Of a stretch of 64,000 nucleotides of DNA, positions 48,333-64,000 are shown in pieces. The position numbers and the translations under genes are program-made. The notes beneath the pieces are model-generated. The model worked only from the letters and a program-made list of their open reading frames with translations. It ran no database searches and was not told where the DNA came from. Each line of letters starts with the position of its first letter. The stretch's first letter is position 1. The stretch lies in the NCBI RefSeq assembly GCF_009914755.1, contig NC_060940.1. The stretch is one strand, 5' to 3'. The stretch comes from the human T2T-CHM13v2.0 reference genome, Homo sapiens.

Positions 48333-51300
48333 TCAAATGACATGCCTAGCTCAGTGCCTTTCGCATGGGAGGTATGCAGTACTTCCTGCCACGATGGCTG
48401 TTACTCTTGTCGTTGTGAGCAGTGCCTTGGTCCCGATGATGATTCTCCAAAATGTAATCTCTGCTGACAGAACAAGAGTCTGCAAATTGGGAGTCTGGAA
48501 AGGGAAGATAAGGGCTTTGTCCCTGGCCCCAAAGACTCAGGGAGAGGTTTACTGGCCAGGTAGAAAGGGCGTCCAGGTGAAGGGACCCTGGTTCAGTGAT
48601 CTCCAACCTGCACGTCTCATTTGTGAGGAAGCCGTAGGGTGTGGACTTTTCTTGTTTCTGACCTTGAGTGATTAGAAAATAGCAGCTTTTATATGTCACA
48701 AATGGACTTTAGATAAGCATGAAGATGACGAAGACTGTGGAATATGTAGCTAAGAGTCTTACTAAAATCCTCTCTAGTGTATTTATATATTTAAGCGTTT
48801 GGTAGTACTTTTTTAGCCATCAGCGTTCTCTATATTAGGTTGATACAGAAGTTATTGAGGTTTTTGCCATTGAAAGTAATACGTCACTTCATGCAGAGGT
48901 GGAATTGGCGCTCTGAGCTTGCTTGTCAAATTCGCAGGCATTCACTTTTCTTTCATAAACATTTAGGACTCTGTATTTAGGAGAGGAATCACTGTGAATG
49001 TAGACCTCGGGTTGGTCATTTTCCTAGTAAGATAGACCAGACTGACTGGAAAAGTCACCCTCTTGGGCTATCCTGCGTATGTGGCTCGGCATTGCTTCCG
49101 TCAGGATAATGCATCAGTTTCTTGGACAAAGGGTGCATTTCTGCTATTTGAATGCAGACATATTTTTGGATATAAGCCACGCAGTTGCATCCCATTTCTT
49201 CCGTAGGTAAAGGCTGGGTTTCTAATTGTGATTGAGAAGCTTAGCATAGATGCAGTGTCCCTATCACCAGATGGCTAGTGTGCTCTGCCTTGTCTGCCTT
49301 TTACCTTAGAGAGGGTGCTTCCTTCTGACACGGGTATTGCTGGAGTACACATTCTGTTGCATGAGGTCAGGGGAGCAAGAAATACAACCCAGACTTGGGC
49401 TCGGAAGCCCTGCCTTCATTTCTTCTCTGTAGCTGGCTCCCTTAAGTATTAAACAGCAGTATTCTAATATCAACGTCCCTTTTTTATTTGCTGTGACTTG
49501 CTGTGACTACGGTGATTTTAGTTACAGTAATTAGGTCACTCTTCATGGAGTCGGGCTATTTTAAGTGCCTCTTTAAGGAATATTGTTGCAGATCAGTAAT
49601 TTTACAATTGGATGTTCTTGTGCAACTTTATTAAATGTGATCTGTCTTTTAAATGTTGCCCTTTTACAGTTATACATTTCTAATTGTTGCTGTAAATGCA
49701 TTATCACTTTGAAATTAATTAATTTTTCCATTTTGGCTGCCTGCAATATAATAATCACTAATGAGAAACTCACAGGAATCAATTCTCAGCACAGCGGCCC
49801 CTACTGGTAAAGCCATGTCTCTGCCTCCCTCTTCTTCAGATCCAGAGAACTGGACAAGTGTATTGGGGCGTCCTGGGAGGGAAGTGTTTGTTTCTTCCTC
49901 CCTTCAATTTATGGTGAAATAAAAATCACAGATAAACTTGGAAAGTGAGTTATTTTTAAGTGTCGTTCTAAAAAAGATGCAATATACTTCAAATAGCTGC
50001 TTCTAAAATATGTTAAAGGAAACTAACATTTGCTGAGTACTTTCTAATAATGAAGTCACATCATACGTGCATTACATGTTTATTTTCTTGACTCTAGAGC
50101 ATTCTTTTATGCAGTTAAATTACTCTAAAATGTTTTGCACCTGCACGCATTAATGTGTATTGTTTGGTAAGAACTTCCGAGTTGGTGAAAAAATGTATTG
50201 TATTTTAGTATCTATATTTATATATACATATTAGTCTATGGGTTTTAATTCACAAAACCAGGTGTTGTATCTGGTGCACATAAGGGATTTTCAAGGCTAA
50301 TCTTGGGTTTTTGCAGTTGTAACCATGTGTGATGACTTTAGAATCCTACCACACTTCCAAATAGAGATGCAGATTGACCATTTTCCCAGATACCACGATG
50401 CTTTATGTATCAGCATATATTTTCATTAATTTCTCATAATTTCTGTTAGAATTAATAATTCCAAGTTCTACAATCTTAGAATTATTATCTTTATTTTGTA
50501 ATTGAAAAGCACAGAAACCTCATGCAGCGTGTTCAAGAAAATGATATACCAGCCTTGTAAACTTTCACTTGCTAATTGCAGCTGCATTTGCTTTGTCCAA
50601 TGCACGGTAATGCCCCTGGCATCCATATCTAGTTATGCAGTTATGCTTCCTTTTTAAAATGTTTGACAGCACCTTCACTGAAATGAATGCTGCCACCACC
50701 GCCAACCCCACCTTTTTTTTTTTTCCACATAAGCTTTCATTTCTGGTAAATACATCCTTGCCAGAGTTCCCAGGTCCAAGCCGGTCCTTTGTGGACCAGT
50801 ATGCAGATTTGAAGTTGAGCACTGTCACTTGCCTCTTAGGAGTGTTTTGTGCAACCACATATTTGTGTTGGCAGATAACAGTAGAAAGAATATCATGTGT
50901 TAGGGTAGCAAGAGCTTAGCAGATGTTTTAGGGAACTGCATTTTCAAATCATTTTACATTAAAAAATGGCTTACGTTTATGGAACTTCTGCGACGATCGG
51001 GTTACGTTTCCTGTGCCCGTGTAAAGCCAGTCATCGTGCTGAGTTTTAACGGATGTGCGGCTACCCTGCTAATGGATGGGCCGGCAATGCTGGTCCTGTT
51101 GCAAAGTTATAAATTATAACTAGAAAAAGCACAAGATGTCATTCTTCTAACCTTCGTGAAAGCCAAACGGGGTAATTCTGCCCTTGAATAACCCGCTGCA
51201 GGGTGATTTATAGTTGTACAATTTAAAACGTAATGAAGGAGATAATAGATGTTGATTTGTTCCTGAAATTAGTATTTTAGAAAAATACTTCTCCCCCTTT

Positions 51301-52867
51301 CCATCTTTAAATACCTGCAGCTGACTACACTATAGATACTATCAAGGGCAAAGCCCCCTGTTTGAATGTGCATTGGTACATTGGTGTATCACATACAAGG
51401 CAGAGGGTGTATAAAACAGGCTTTCTGTTGCGAGGGGGAAATATGGTTTTCAAAGTGGAAATTTCATTGTATTCTTCATGAATCTAAACATTTTGAGACT
51501 CCTGAGTGAGGTTTGAATTTTCTGGTTGCCTTTCTCTTGCCAGTCCAGATATGTTAGAAAACTGGACTCTCAGGACCCCTCTGTGGTTGGACCACACTGG
51601 CGCTTTCCTGCAGTTGTCTGTCAACAGAAGGACCTGGTAGCTGGCTTGTCCTCTTACACCACTGAGGCCACCTTCTTGCAGGAAGAAACATACTTCTTCC
51701 TGCCCTGGATTAACATTACCATTGGTTTTGGTAGTCTTACGTCATTATGTCCAAAGCTTTTAAGTTTACAGTGCTTGCTTAGTCCAGCGACCAATGGATG
51801 TAAGTAAGTTGGAAAAGGGCAAAGGATTTAGAATCATGAGGGTTGTATTCAAACTGCAGCCTCTGCTCCCTTTTAGTTACATAATTTTGAAATTATTTGA
51901 CATTTCTGAGGTTAATTTTCTACATCAGTTTAGCTGCTTTAGGCTGCAAGTTATTAACACCCACTTAAAGGTGGCTGAAATAATAGAGGTTTTGCTTCCC
52001 ATGTATCCAGAGTTGCTGAGGCAGCAAGGGTTGTGTTTGGCTACTATATGAGTAGCTCCTTTGTGATAATCTTTACTTTTCCCTCATGCTTACAAGATGG
52101 CTTCTGTGGTGCCAGCCATTGCATCCTATTTGATAAGGTCTGAAGGCACAGGTGGGAGGGATGAGGCTCCTCATTGCATGCCTTTTTCCTTTATCAAGAG
52201 ACAGAGCATTCTGCTTCAGAACTGTCCTCCTGAGTTGACTTCCCGTCAGATCCCACTGGTTGGGACTGAGTCATCTGTTTGTATCCTAGTTATAAAGGAG
52301 ACTAGAAAAGTGCATAACTGGCTTTTTGAGCCTCTAGAGTGGCAGGCGAACTCTGATTTTGAGGAAAAAGGATAGGGTAATGGTGTTGACACAGGCACTG
52401 TTGAATACGTATGTACGTATTTTAATAGTTTTCTCATTAATCAAATGGAAATGCTATCGATTTTATAGGGTCGTTGTGAGAAGAAGTGAGAATTGAAATG
52501 AAAGGCATCTAGTCTTCCCCGGTCCCCATCCACTTGACCCACCATACCTCAAGCCACTTCTGGCTCCATGCTCTTTCTTTCCTTAGGGTTTTGAAACATG
52601 TTCTTCAGCCTAGAATACTGCTCCTCCACTCTTAATTTCTACCCATCCTGCAAAACTCAGTCTGAACAGCACACGTCAAGGAAGCAGTTTTGGTCTCTCA
52701 GATTATATGAAGCTCTCCAATATGTTCTTTCAGAACAGCCAGTGCCTAGAATACTGCCTGACTCCTAGTAGCACTCCTTATGTGTTGAATGAGTAAATGA
52801 AGAGTCCCTGGAATTTCTTCTTCATAACATTGAACACAACTGCAGTTTGAAAACATAATTTCTGTAG

Positions 52868-53475
<608 letters not shown>

Positions 53476-54159
53476 TGTAGTTTCTTATTTAATGTCTGTC
53501 CCCCCTTCTCTTGACAGTGGTGTTTTTGCCTTCACACTACTGTATCCCTGGTCCATACCGTAAATGTTCTGTAAATGTTTGTAAATGAATACATGAAAGA
53601 TGACCAGGTGCTGAATCAGTGAGAGTCCTTAATGTACTTCTTATCATTTATCCCTCTGAGGTAGGCAAGGGATTATAGTTTAGAATGTGTAAATACGTAA
53701 AAGATAAGGCAAGGAGACCTGCTGAGAGTCACACAGCAAGCCCCCAAGGTCCCCCAGGCTCATGGTCAAATGACATGTAAGGGACGTATCCAGCGGTGTG
53801 GGTATGTTTGGAGGGAATGAATGTAAGGAGAGAGAGGTGAGGCACAGGAGAGACAGGATGAGCTTTAGAGGTAGACAGCTCTCGGGTCCAGCCCTAGCTC
53901 TCTCCCATTCTAACTCTTGGGCAAGGTTCAAAACCTGATTAAGATTCATGCATAAAACTGAGATGTTAGAACTACCTCATGGGCTTGTCTTGAGAATTAA
54001 AGACGTTATGAACTTAAGGCCTCTACAGTGTGCTAGATGCTTAAGAAATGTTAACTACTATTGTTATTGGCTTGCAGTAGAAATTAAAGATTATGAATGT
54101 TCAGCATTCAGAATATACTAGATACTCAATAAGCATTATTGCTGTCATTATTAACATTA

Positions 54160-54211
54160 TTTTCCCCAGCTTTACTGAGGTATGAGTGACAAAAATTTCA
54201 TATATGCGCAT

Positions 54212-54245
<34 letters not shown>

Positions 54246-54835
54246 CTGGGCATGGTGGCTCTTGCCTATAATCCTAACAGTTGAGGAGGCCAAGCTGGGA
54301 GGATGACTTGAGCCTGGGAGTTGGAGGCTGCAGTGAGCTATGATGGTGCCCCTGCACTCCATCCTGGGTGACATAGTGAGACCCTATCTCTAAAGGAAAA
54401 AAAAAATTATATGTATTCGTGGTGTGAAATGTGATGTTTTGATATTCATATGCATTGTGAAATGACTACCACAATCAAGCTAATTAACACATCGGTCAAC
54501 TTACATAGCTATCATTTTTTGTGTGTGGCAAGAACATTGAAAGTCTAGTCTCAGCAATTTTCAAGTATATAATACGTTATTATTATTACTATCGTTAACT
54601 GTATTCACCATGCTGTACAATAGATCTCCAGAATGTATTCATTCTGTCTAACTGAAACTTAGGATCCTTTGACCACTATCTCCCCATTTATCACCCCCTC
54701 CCACTTCCCCACTACCAGCCCCTCCTGGGAACTGCCCTCTACTGTCTGCTTCTGTGAGTTTGACTGCTTTAAATTCCACACAAAAAGTGAGATCATAGAG
54801 TATTTGTCTTTCTGCGCCTGGCTTATTTTACGATA
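54160..54835 (-). mobile_element. L1M 3' end interrupted by (GT)n (54214-54243) and a sense Alu monomer (54245-54406)
   Basis: cagctttactgaggtat...accatgctgtacaatagatctccagaa...gtgagatcat. Confidence 0.85.
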
Positions 54836-54951
54836 AATTGATTGCTTCTCTTCCCATTGTTTATAGATACCCATTCTCGTAATGATGGCACTGTGTCTGT
54901 CATAGAAGGCCTAATTCTCCCTGTTAACATTGAACATAAAAACCTCATATG

Positions 54952-55615
<664 letters not shown>

Positions 55616-56784
55616 TTACACAATGCTCATCAGAACTCAGCAGGCTTCCACAGTGCAGATTTTAAGCCCTCCGGTTGCCTGTTTTACTGGCACCAAGAAC
55701 ACACCTTAGCTTGGAGGAAACATTGGCCACTTTCTTGTTAAAAACAAAGAGAGGGAAACTAGATCTGCCTTTGTGAGGCTGGAGCACCTCATCAATGTAT
55801 TTTTTCTGCCTTGCTTTATAGTGTTTTAAATCCGCCTCGGCCTTTGTTCCTGAATGAGCACCCGAGAAGGGGAGAAAGTGACTATCTGGCCTTAGTATGT
55901 GTGACAAATTATTTAATGAACATTTAACCAAGATTTGCAATTCCCGTAGTTTTATCTTCCCGGTTTCCTTTTCTTCTGTGTGCCCGTTGGCATTTTGGTA
56001 ATGTGCTGCCTCTTTATAACTCTTTGTAGCTCTTTTATTACTTTTCTTTTTTCTTTTAAGTTTGTGGTGCCTTCTTTGATCCTCCCCTCTTTCAGTTTCC
56101 TTTTCTCCAATTTCATACTTATTTCCAGTGATTTTTGGCTGCAACGCAGTTTAGATATTGGAGGCCAGCGTGATTAAACCGAGGCCAAGAGTTTGTATTG
56201 CCCCATGACGATGTTTCTGGAATGTTTCTTCTGTGAACAGTGATTTTTGTATAACTCACTGGACATGTTGATTTTTCCCTGTGAGGTGTAAGGTAATGTT
56301 TTCCTAGCAAAAACAAAGAGGGCTGAAACCTGGTGCTCAGAATCGTTTGGAAACGGAACTCCTCTCCCTCTTCTTTTTACACCAAGATAAAGAAAGACTT
56401 TGCAAATCAGCTGAGCACATGTTCCCAGCTCCGTGCCGGGCTCTGTGGTCATGGGTTTCCTTCTTTATGTCTTACTCATCTAATGTAATTTTAGAGTGTG
56501 TTCTCTTTAGATAATTGTGTGTCTCTGAGCAAATCACTTATCCTCTCTGGTCCTCAGTTTTCTTATCTGTAAAATGAATCAGTTAACCAAGAATAGCCAT
56601 CCCTTGGGTTAATAGAACAGTTTAACTTGAAAGGAAATAAAAAAAGGAGACTAACATGGGCCCACAGACATTGTATTTCATAAATTTTGGATGAAAACTG
56701 AACCTACCATCATTTATTAAGAGAATGGATATTTTCATGTCAGAAATTATAGGAAGGATACAGTTATGGGATGAGGAGCAATTC

Positions 56785-57082
56785 TTTTTTTTTTTTTTTT
56801 TGAGGTGGAGTCTCACTCTGTCACCAGGCTAGAGTGCAGTGGGGCGATCTCGGCTCACTGCAAACCTCTGCCTCCCGGGTTCAAGCAATTCTCCTGCCTC
56901 AGACTCCCGAGTAGCTAGGACTACAGGCGCGTGCCACCACACCCGGCTAATTTTTTGTATTCTTAGTAGAGACGAGGTTTCACGGTGTTAGTCAGGATGG
57001 TCTCGATCTCCTGACCTCATGATCCACCTGCCTCGGCCTCCCAAAGTGCTGGAATTACAGGCGTGAGCCACCGCACCCGGCC
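56785..57082 (-). mobile_element. AluSc-like
   Basis: TSD atgaggagca(a/g)ttctt. Confidence 0.93.
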
Positions 57083-57614
57083 TATGAGGAGCAGTTCTTT
57101 CAATGGAATATATTTGACTTCAGGGAGAACTCACTCAAATGCTGCTGTTACTGTTTTTCCCTTTGTTGGAAGTGATGGGGTTGTACTTGGAATGAATGGC
57201 CTAGAAAACCCTACAGGTACCATTTAAGCTCCATAGTTCTTCTGTGTGTGTTTCGGATCCCAGGTTCCAAACCTGCACTAAAACTTGTTGCTGCATCTCA
57301 CCTAATCGTGTAGTGAGCCAGGTGAGCTCATCTGTGAAATGCAGACCTTTCTGGACGTACCACCTCGTGGGGTGAAGGGAAAGAAATGATACAGGTGTAC
57401 ATCAGGGTATAAGCTGTCATAGAGTCTAGATTCTTTTTATCCAGAAGCCATTCTTTCAGCCTGTGCCTTTTTGTAAATACCATACCCCATCTATTTCCAC
57501 AAAGGATTTGGGGCATTAGCGAGTAAAGGGGGAATATGTTCTAGAAGAAGGGCGCTCACCTCAGTAAATTGATGGGTGGGCCACAAAAATCATGTCACAA
57601 GATCTTGTTGATGT

Positions 57615-57760
57615 GCATGCATTCATTCATTCAACAAATATTATTGAGCATCTAACATAAGCCAGGTGCTTTGCTAGGGACAGAATGCTATACAAGGTCC
57701 CTGTCCTCATGGGGACCGTATGTTGGGAAGACAGATGATAGGCATGGAAATGAAGAGACA
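57615..57760 (-). mobile_element. L2 3' fragment
   Basis: cattcattcattcaacaaatattattgagc...ccaggtgc. Confidence 0.7.
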
Positions 57761-57890
57761 AACCACTCCGACTTCAGCCCAGGAAGGAGCTTTAATTTGA
57801 GTAATTGTTTTCACTAATTCATCTTCACAGAAAGAAATAATATGATCACCTTCGGTTAGTAAACAAAACAAATACGCAAACAGGTTTACA

Positions 57891-58180
<290 letters not shown>

Positions 58181-58896
58181 TTACGTTTTTGATGAGCCTA
58201 GCCTTTGCTGTGCTTTGGAAAATGGGCTGTGGAATTTGGCTGAAATAGTCAAATGCGTAGCTGACTGTATGTGGACTGATAACTGGGCTTATTTTGCTTC
58301 TTTTAGATCTGGAAAGACTAAGCGCAAAATAGAAATGCTAATGGTATTGATGTGTTTTTCTTCCTTTGGTGTGATAAAAAGGTATCAGTAGGGATCATTC
58401 ATAAAACTAGTTAGTAAACTATCACTTTAATGTACAATGGTGAAGAAATACATACATCATACTTGAGACCATGTTCCAGAGAGTATTTTGTAACCTGTGA
58501 CGCTCTTTTCAAGTCTTAGAGAGGAAGTATGGAAAGAGCATGGGCTTTTGACTGAGGAGGTCTTGGGTTTAAAGGTCGAATTTTGCCACTTACTTTCTCC
58601 ATGGCCTTGGTCAACATCCTGAAGTCTCAGGTCCTTGTCTGCCTTTGCTTTGACAGGAGATGTTGCCTGCCTCAGGCGGTTGTTGCAAGGACTAAAATCA
58701 GGAAGGCCTGGAAAGACTTGGAAGCATTTCTGTCACATCCCGGGAACTCCGTAAATGCCAGCAAGTGTTAGATTATTGTGATGATTTTACTACTCCTATT
58801 ATTGATATTATAATTAATATTATAATTGTTCATTATTACCTTATAAAAATTACTTATGATATGTTTTTCTTACTATTTGGTGAACATCGAGTATAG

Positions 58897-59373
<477 letters not shown>

Positions 59374-60046
59374 TGAACCAGACAGGCAGAGTATTTGATC
59401 TTACAAAAATCTGGCTCAGTTCAAGTTAGCTGTGTAGCTTTGGAACGGACCCTGGACAGATGGATTTTCTAAAATTACAGAGGAAACTAGATCTGTAACT
59501 CTGTACATTTACTCCTGTGCCAGTAACAATGGCAATATTTTAATACTGTAATAAATTTTTTCTTATGCATTTGCTATAAATTAGTAAATCTGTGTAAAGC
59601 TGCTTATTGCATCATCATGTAGAATTTCTACATCCTGCAGAAGTTTAAGAAAATTGTCTTCCTTTTACAGACAAGGACACTGAAGTTTAGAAGTGCTAAG
59701 TAAACTGTCTTAGATCACTTAGCTAGCAAGTGACAGGGATGGAATTGAATCTGTATTTATCAGAGGTGAAAGTATATGTGTAATTATTCAACTACACTTA
59801 GGTAAATATCCGCATACATGCATGCCTCCCCTTAGACTCCATTGTTCCAAAAGGTAATGACAACAAAAATTAGTCGGAGGCGGAAGGAAATGCAAAAGTG
59901 GACATTTACTCGAGAAAGAATAAAGAAACCATGCAGGATTCCATTTCACAAACCTCTACAGCTGTTGCTGGGGAGTCAGTGGAGGGGTACTGGAGGAAGG
60001 CAGACTTTGTTCTAAGCTACTTAGCAGCCAAGGAAAGCAGAAGAAA

Positions 60047-60356
60047 CTATTATTATTATTTATTATTATTATGTGAGTTGGAGTCTCCTTGTGTCATCCA
60101 GGCTGAAGTGCAGTGGCATAGTCTCTGCTTTCTACAACGTCCACCTCCTGGGTTTAATCGATCCTCCTGCCTCAGCCTCCCAAGTAGCTGGGATTACAGG
60201 CACCCACCACTACATCCAGCTGACTTTTGTATTTTTAGTGGAGACAGGGTTTCACCATACTGGCCCAGCTGGTCTTGAACTCCTGACCTCAAGTGATCTG
60301 CCTGCCTCAGCCTCCCGATGTGTTGGGATTACAGGTGTGAACCACTGCTTCTGGCC
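60047..60356 (-). mobile_element. AluS with (TTA)n tail
   Basis: TSD agaaactattatta. Confidence 0.92.
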
Positions 60357-60559
60357 TAGAAACTATTATTAATAGAAGTTCTGGGACAACGGCCCTGCTC
60401 TCATTACTTGCCCCCAATCCATGCAATGAAATACTGGCCTGTGAGTATGTGGTCCCTTCAGCTCATTTTCTGAAGCTGACCAAAGGAGCACAGTAATTCA
60501 TAACGGGGGAGTAAAATTCCTCAAGACGAGCAAAAAAGGCAGAAATTAATAAAACTCTA

Positions 60560-61690
60560 TGTATTAGTTATCTATCACTGCATAACAAGTTACCTCAATA
60601 TTTAGCAGGTTAATACAATGCACATTCATTATTTTACAGCCTTTGTAGATTAGGAACCAGCCATTGCTTAGCTGGACCATCTGCTTTAGAGTCTCACAGG
60701 CTGCATTCAAGGTGTCCACTGGGCTGGGGTCAACTTCTTACCGACAAAGCTGGTGCCCCAAAAGAATGGGGTCTTATCCTGTTGGGTGTCATGAAGCCAA
60801 CACACAAAACCGAAAGTAGTGTCAAGCAGTACAGGCTTTATTCAATGGCCATGGAATTGAGAAGCAGGAGCATGGCTCACAAATTCACAAATCAGCTTCT
60901 CCACTAATGAGGGGTGAGGAAGTTAAAATATAGACTTTGTTGTTGTTGCTGTTTTAATGAAGAGGCTGGACATTAAAATCAAGGGGAGGAATAATCATGT
61001 CTTCTCTTGAAATGGGCAGTGAACTTCCCGGAACCAGAGTGTTGCCTTCCTTTTTATCCTTTTATGGCTGCTTCTGATCATTGTCATGGTGATTGTCAAC
61101 TGTCCTGGCGCTGGTGAGGGGGCTGTTTAGCATGGAAATAGGATTATAATGACACCTGAGGTCTTTTTGAAGTCCTTGGGTCAGCTATCTTGCTTCTAAC
61201 AAATCTCAGCTGGTCTGGTTACAGAGGGAACTTTTTATCACAGGTGTCCTGTTTCTTAAAGATAAGCAGTGTTATTACAGGGTAGAAATTCACCTATGTC
61301 AAGTAGGCATTATACCAGGTAACAATCTCAAGACTCAGCAGGGAAGGATCCACTTGCAAGCCCACGTGGTTGCTGGTAGGACTCAGTTCCTTATGGCCCA
61401 GTGGATTGAAGGCTTCCTTTCCTGCCTGGTGTTTGGTTCCTTGCCACGAAGGGATCTCCATCATGGCTGCTGGCTTTATCGAAGCATGTAAGCCAAGAAG
61501 GAAATAGAATCCATTGGTAAAATGAAAGTCACAGTTCTTTGTAATGTAACCACGGAAGTGACGTCTTACTGCTTTTGCCATATTCTTTTTGTTAGAAGGA
61601 AATCACTGAGTCTGATCGTTGTTAAAGGGGAAAGGATTTCACAGTGGTATGAATCCTGAGAGGCAGGGGTGATCAGGGCCAGCTACCACA
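60560..61690 (-). mobile_element. MLT1 MaLR LTR interrupted by an ERV1-class LTR (60736-61324; MER41/LTR26-like, tentative)
   Basis: tgtattagttatctat...gctaccaca host; insert tcttacc...gtaaca with degenerate TSD aact/atct. Confidence 0.72.
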
Positions 61691-63769
61691 CTCTACAACT
61701 TGAATTTTGTTTTAGATTTCAGTGCCTTTTGGGGACCCTGCTACATTGTGGTAGATTTACTCACAGGACTTGATGATTTTTCTTGACCTGCCTGAAGCCA
61801 TAGCATTTATTACGGATAAGTTTGTCTTTTCTTCGTTCTTTTTCTGTTTGCATCCTTTCGTCATCCTTTTCTTCCCTCTTTCTGGACTGAGAGAGGCACC
61901 AAATGCACCCATTTAAAACATATATGCATTTCTGCTTTCTGATGGGAGGTAAGATTTAGTCATTTAATAAGAAAGCTTATGAAAAGAATAAACAAACTGG
62001 TAGATAATGTATCCTAAAGTCAAGTATTTGCTTTCATGTTGCTTTAGTAGAAGGGGCCCATGTTAATCGATGGCCCAAATTGTCTTTCTCAAGAAATGTG
62101 TATTGCAGAATTTGGATTTGAGTTACAAAAACTAGCCAGAAAGCGTGAACTTTTTTTTTTTTAAGCCATAAAGCTTGGTAAGGCTAGCCAATCATTTCAA
62201 AGCCTGTGTAGAATATCTAGACTATATGTAATCCTAGGATTTGTTGTTGTTTTGTTATGATTTTTTTTAAGCAGGAAGCTAAAAAAAAAACCACCCGTTA
62301 CTTTGCTGCTTTTAGAAAATAGGTTTGAGATTGATTTTGAATACTAAAGTATAGTTTTCATGTTATAAAGCCAACCATGTTAAAAATGTATAATAAAGTA
62401 TCTAATTTAGCAAAATTCAAATTTCCCCTATGAAATATCAAGCTCTTTTTATGCTTCTTCACATGCCACCTTGTGTAGAATTTGAACCACTTTAAACATT
62501 GCATCCTTGAGTTGCATATGATGGGATCTCTTGAATCATTTACATTTTGAAAAAAGAAAGTGAAATATTCTTTAAGAAGCCAAAGTAATCCACGAGAATG
62601 TATGGTGTTTGTTCAGCTGGATATCTTATTTATTTGAAGTACTGAGAGAGAAATCTTTTCTGACTGCTCAAAACAGGGAATAATAAACAGTCAGAGTGTC
62701 CAAGTAATCTGAGCTAGAAAGTTCCTTCTTTCAGAGAAAAGTTATAAAAAGTATATTTGCCGGATCCAAAAAAAATACTGTGTATCAACTACTGAGACCT
62801 GCATAATGTTTTCTTAGTATTCTCACTCTTTAAAAGAAAAAAGAAAACCTGTAAAATTTGGGAACTTAAACTTTTTTTGATATTTTAATATTTCTAGGCA
62901 GGTGAGTGCAATAAGTCTGTTTTTTGATCTTAGAACATAACATTTCTTGTTGGCTATTGTGTGTGCTATGTGTATGATTTGTCTCTTTGTTAATTCTCTA
63001 TAACTATAAAAGAGCAAGTAATGAAATTACCATGGCTGAATTCTGAATATTAACCCAGAGCAGATTTCCTCTAAGAAAGATCATAAGAAGATGCTTAAAA
63101 GAAAACATTATATTTCAAAAGAATTAGGTTCTGAAATATACCCAATAATGAAAACAATACAATTTTCTTCTGCTTTTTGTCCTTCCTGTTCCAAGCACTG
63201 GGAAGGAGCTGGCATATTTCTTATGTATGAAAAGTAGAATAATATATTGGATTCCTTTATCCCTAACCCGGAAGAGTCTTTCTTGGACTGTGGTTTGCTT
63301 TCCCGTTATACTTAAGCTTGTTTATTGCATCTTCCGATGTCACATTATCTCATTGCCAAGCTAAAGGCTCTGTTGGGTTCTTAGTTGAACCCAGAGTGGA
63401 GGCCGATTTCATCCAAAGCCATTTTTTTTAAAATTAGAAATTAAACTCACCTTTGGCAAGTCCTCCTGACCAGGGATGGGTCCTCATGTTAGTCTGTAAT
63501 GTGAAGATATAAAATGTATTTGATACAATAGGAGATTCACTGTGATTTTTCACTGAATGAGTATACATTCTGCAGAACTAGAAGATAAAGATAATAAAAC
63601 AATTCACATTTCTTAGGACTAATTTATTTTCCACAGTCCACTACCAACATGGTGGGATGGGGAGGAGCTGAGAAGAGCATATTTAGCTGAGTTTGGTTGC
63701 AGAAGGATGCAATGTGAGGTAGCAGAAGGGGCCGTAAGAACACAGGATTTTGAAGTTGAAGAAACCAGC

Positions 63770-63950
63770 CTGGAATGAATCCCAGCCCTTCCTTTTAGTG
63801 ACCTGCTGGCCAGCCACATTACCTCCTTGGGCTTTGGATTTTCTTTTTCACTGTAAAATGGGGAAAGTAGCTCCCACATCTTTGGGCTGTTGGTGGGAGG
63901 TGTGTAGGACACAGCTGAAACCTTTGGTGTATAGTGGATACTAAAGCAAT
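63770..63950 (+). mobile_element. MIR
   Basis: gaatcccagc...ctgtaaaatgggga. Confidence 0.6.
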
Positions 63951-64000
63951 GCTAGTCTTCTTCGTGTGCTACCAGTTAGAATGAATTTTACTGACATCTT

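Noticed and set aside
55662-56144. 160-aa Lys/Glu-rich minus-strand ORF
   Set aside because: Arises from a T-rich low-complexity plus strand; TTG start; no homology recognised

Overview
Human genomic DNA from inside the WWOX gene (16q23, the FRA16D fragile-site locus), with the gene on the + strand. The window holds most of intron 6 (1-37131), exon 7 (37132-37317), intron 7, exon 8 (44751-45015, carrying the SDR catalytic YxxxK motif) and the first ~19 kb of the giant intron 8. Exon numbering and c. coordinates are from my recollection of the reference cDNA; they agree with the splice sites and exon lengths seen here. This haplotype encodes Ala282 where the reference has Pro (c.844C>G). The rest is intronic, dense in Alu, L1, MIR, hAT-type MITEs and solo LTRs; almost all listed ORFs are repeat artefacts or chance. 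I see no new gene system. The most striking structure is a 2.6-kb nested retroviral cassette (25249-27836): an LTR8 host holding two head-to-head HERV-H LTR7-family solo LTRs (one inserted inside an Alu) and a MER41B with both tandem STAT (GAS) sites intact. Other oddities: a four-level nested LTR/L1 stack, a 98-bp templated-looking duplication, an Alu collapsed at a perfected palindrome, a 57-bp tandem duplication over the exon 7 branch-point region, a young AluYa5, and long AT/RY repeats relevant to fragility. Repeat subfamily names are by-eye recognition and need RepeatMasker/Dfam confirmation; repeat boundaries without a stated TSD are approximate.
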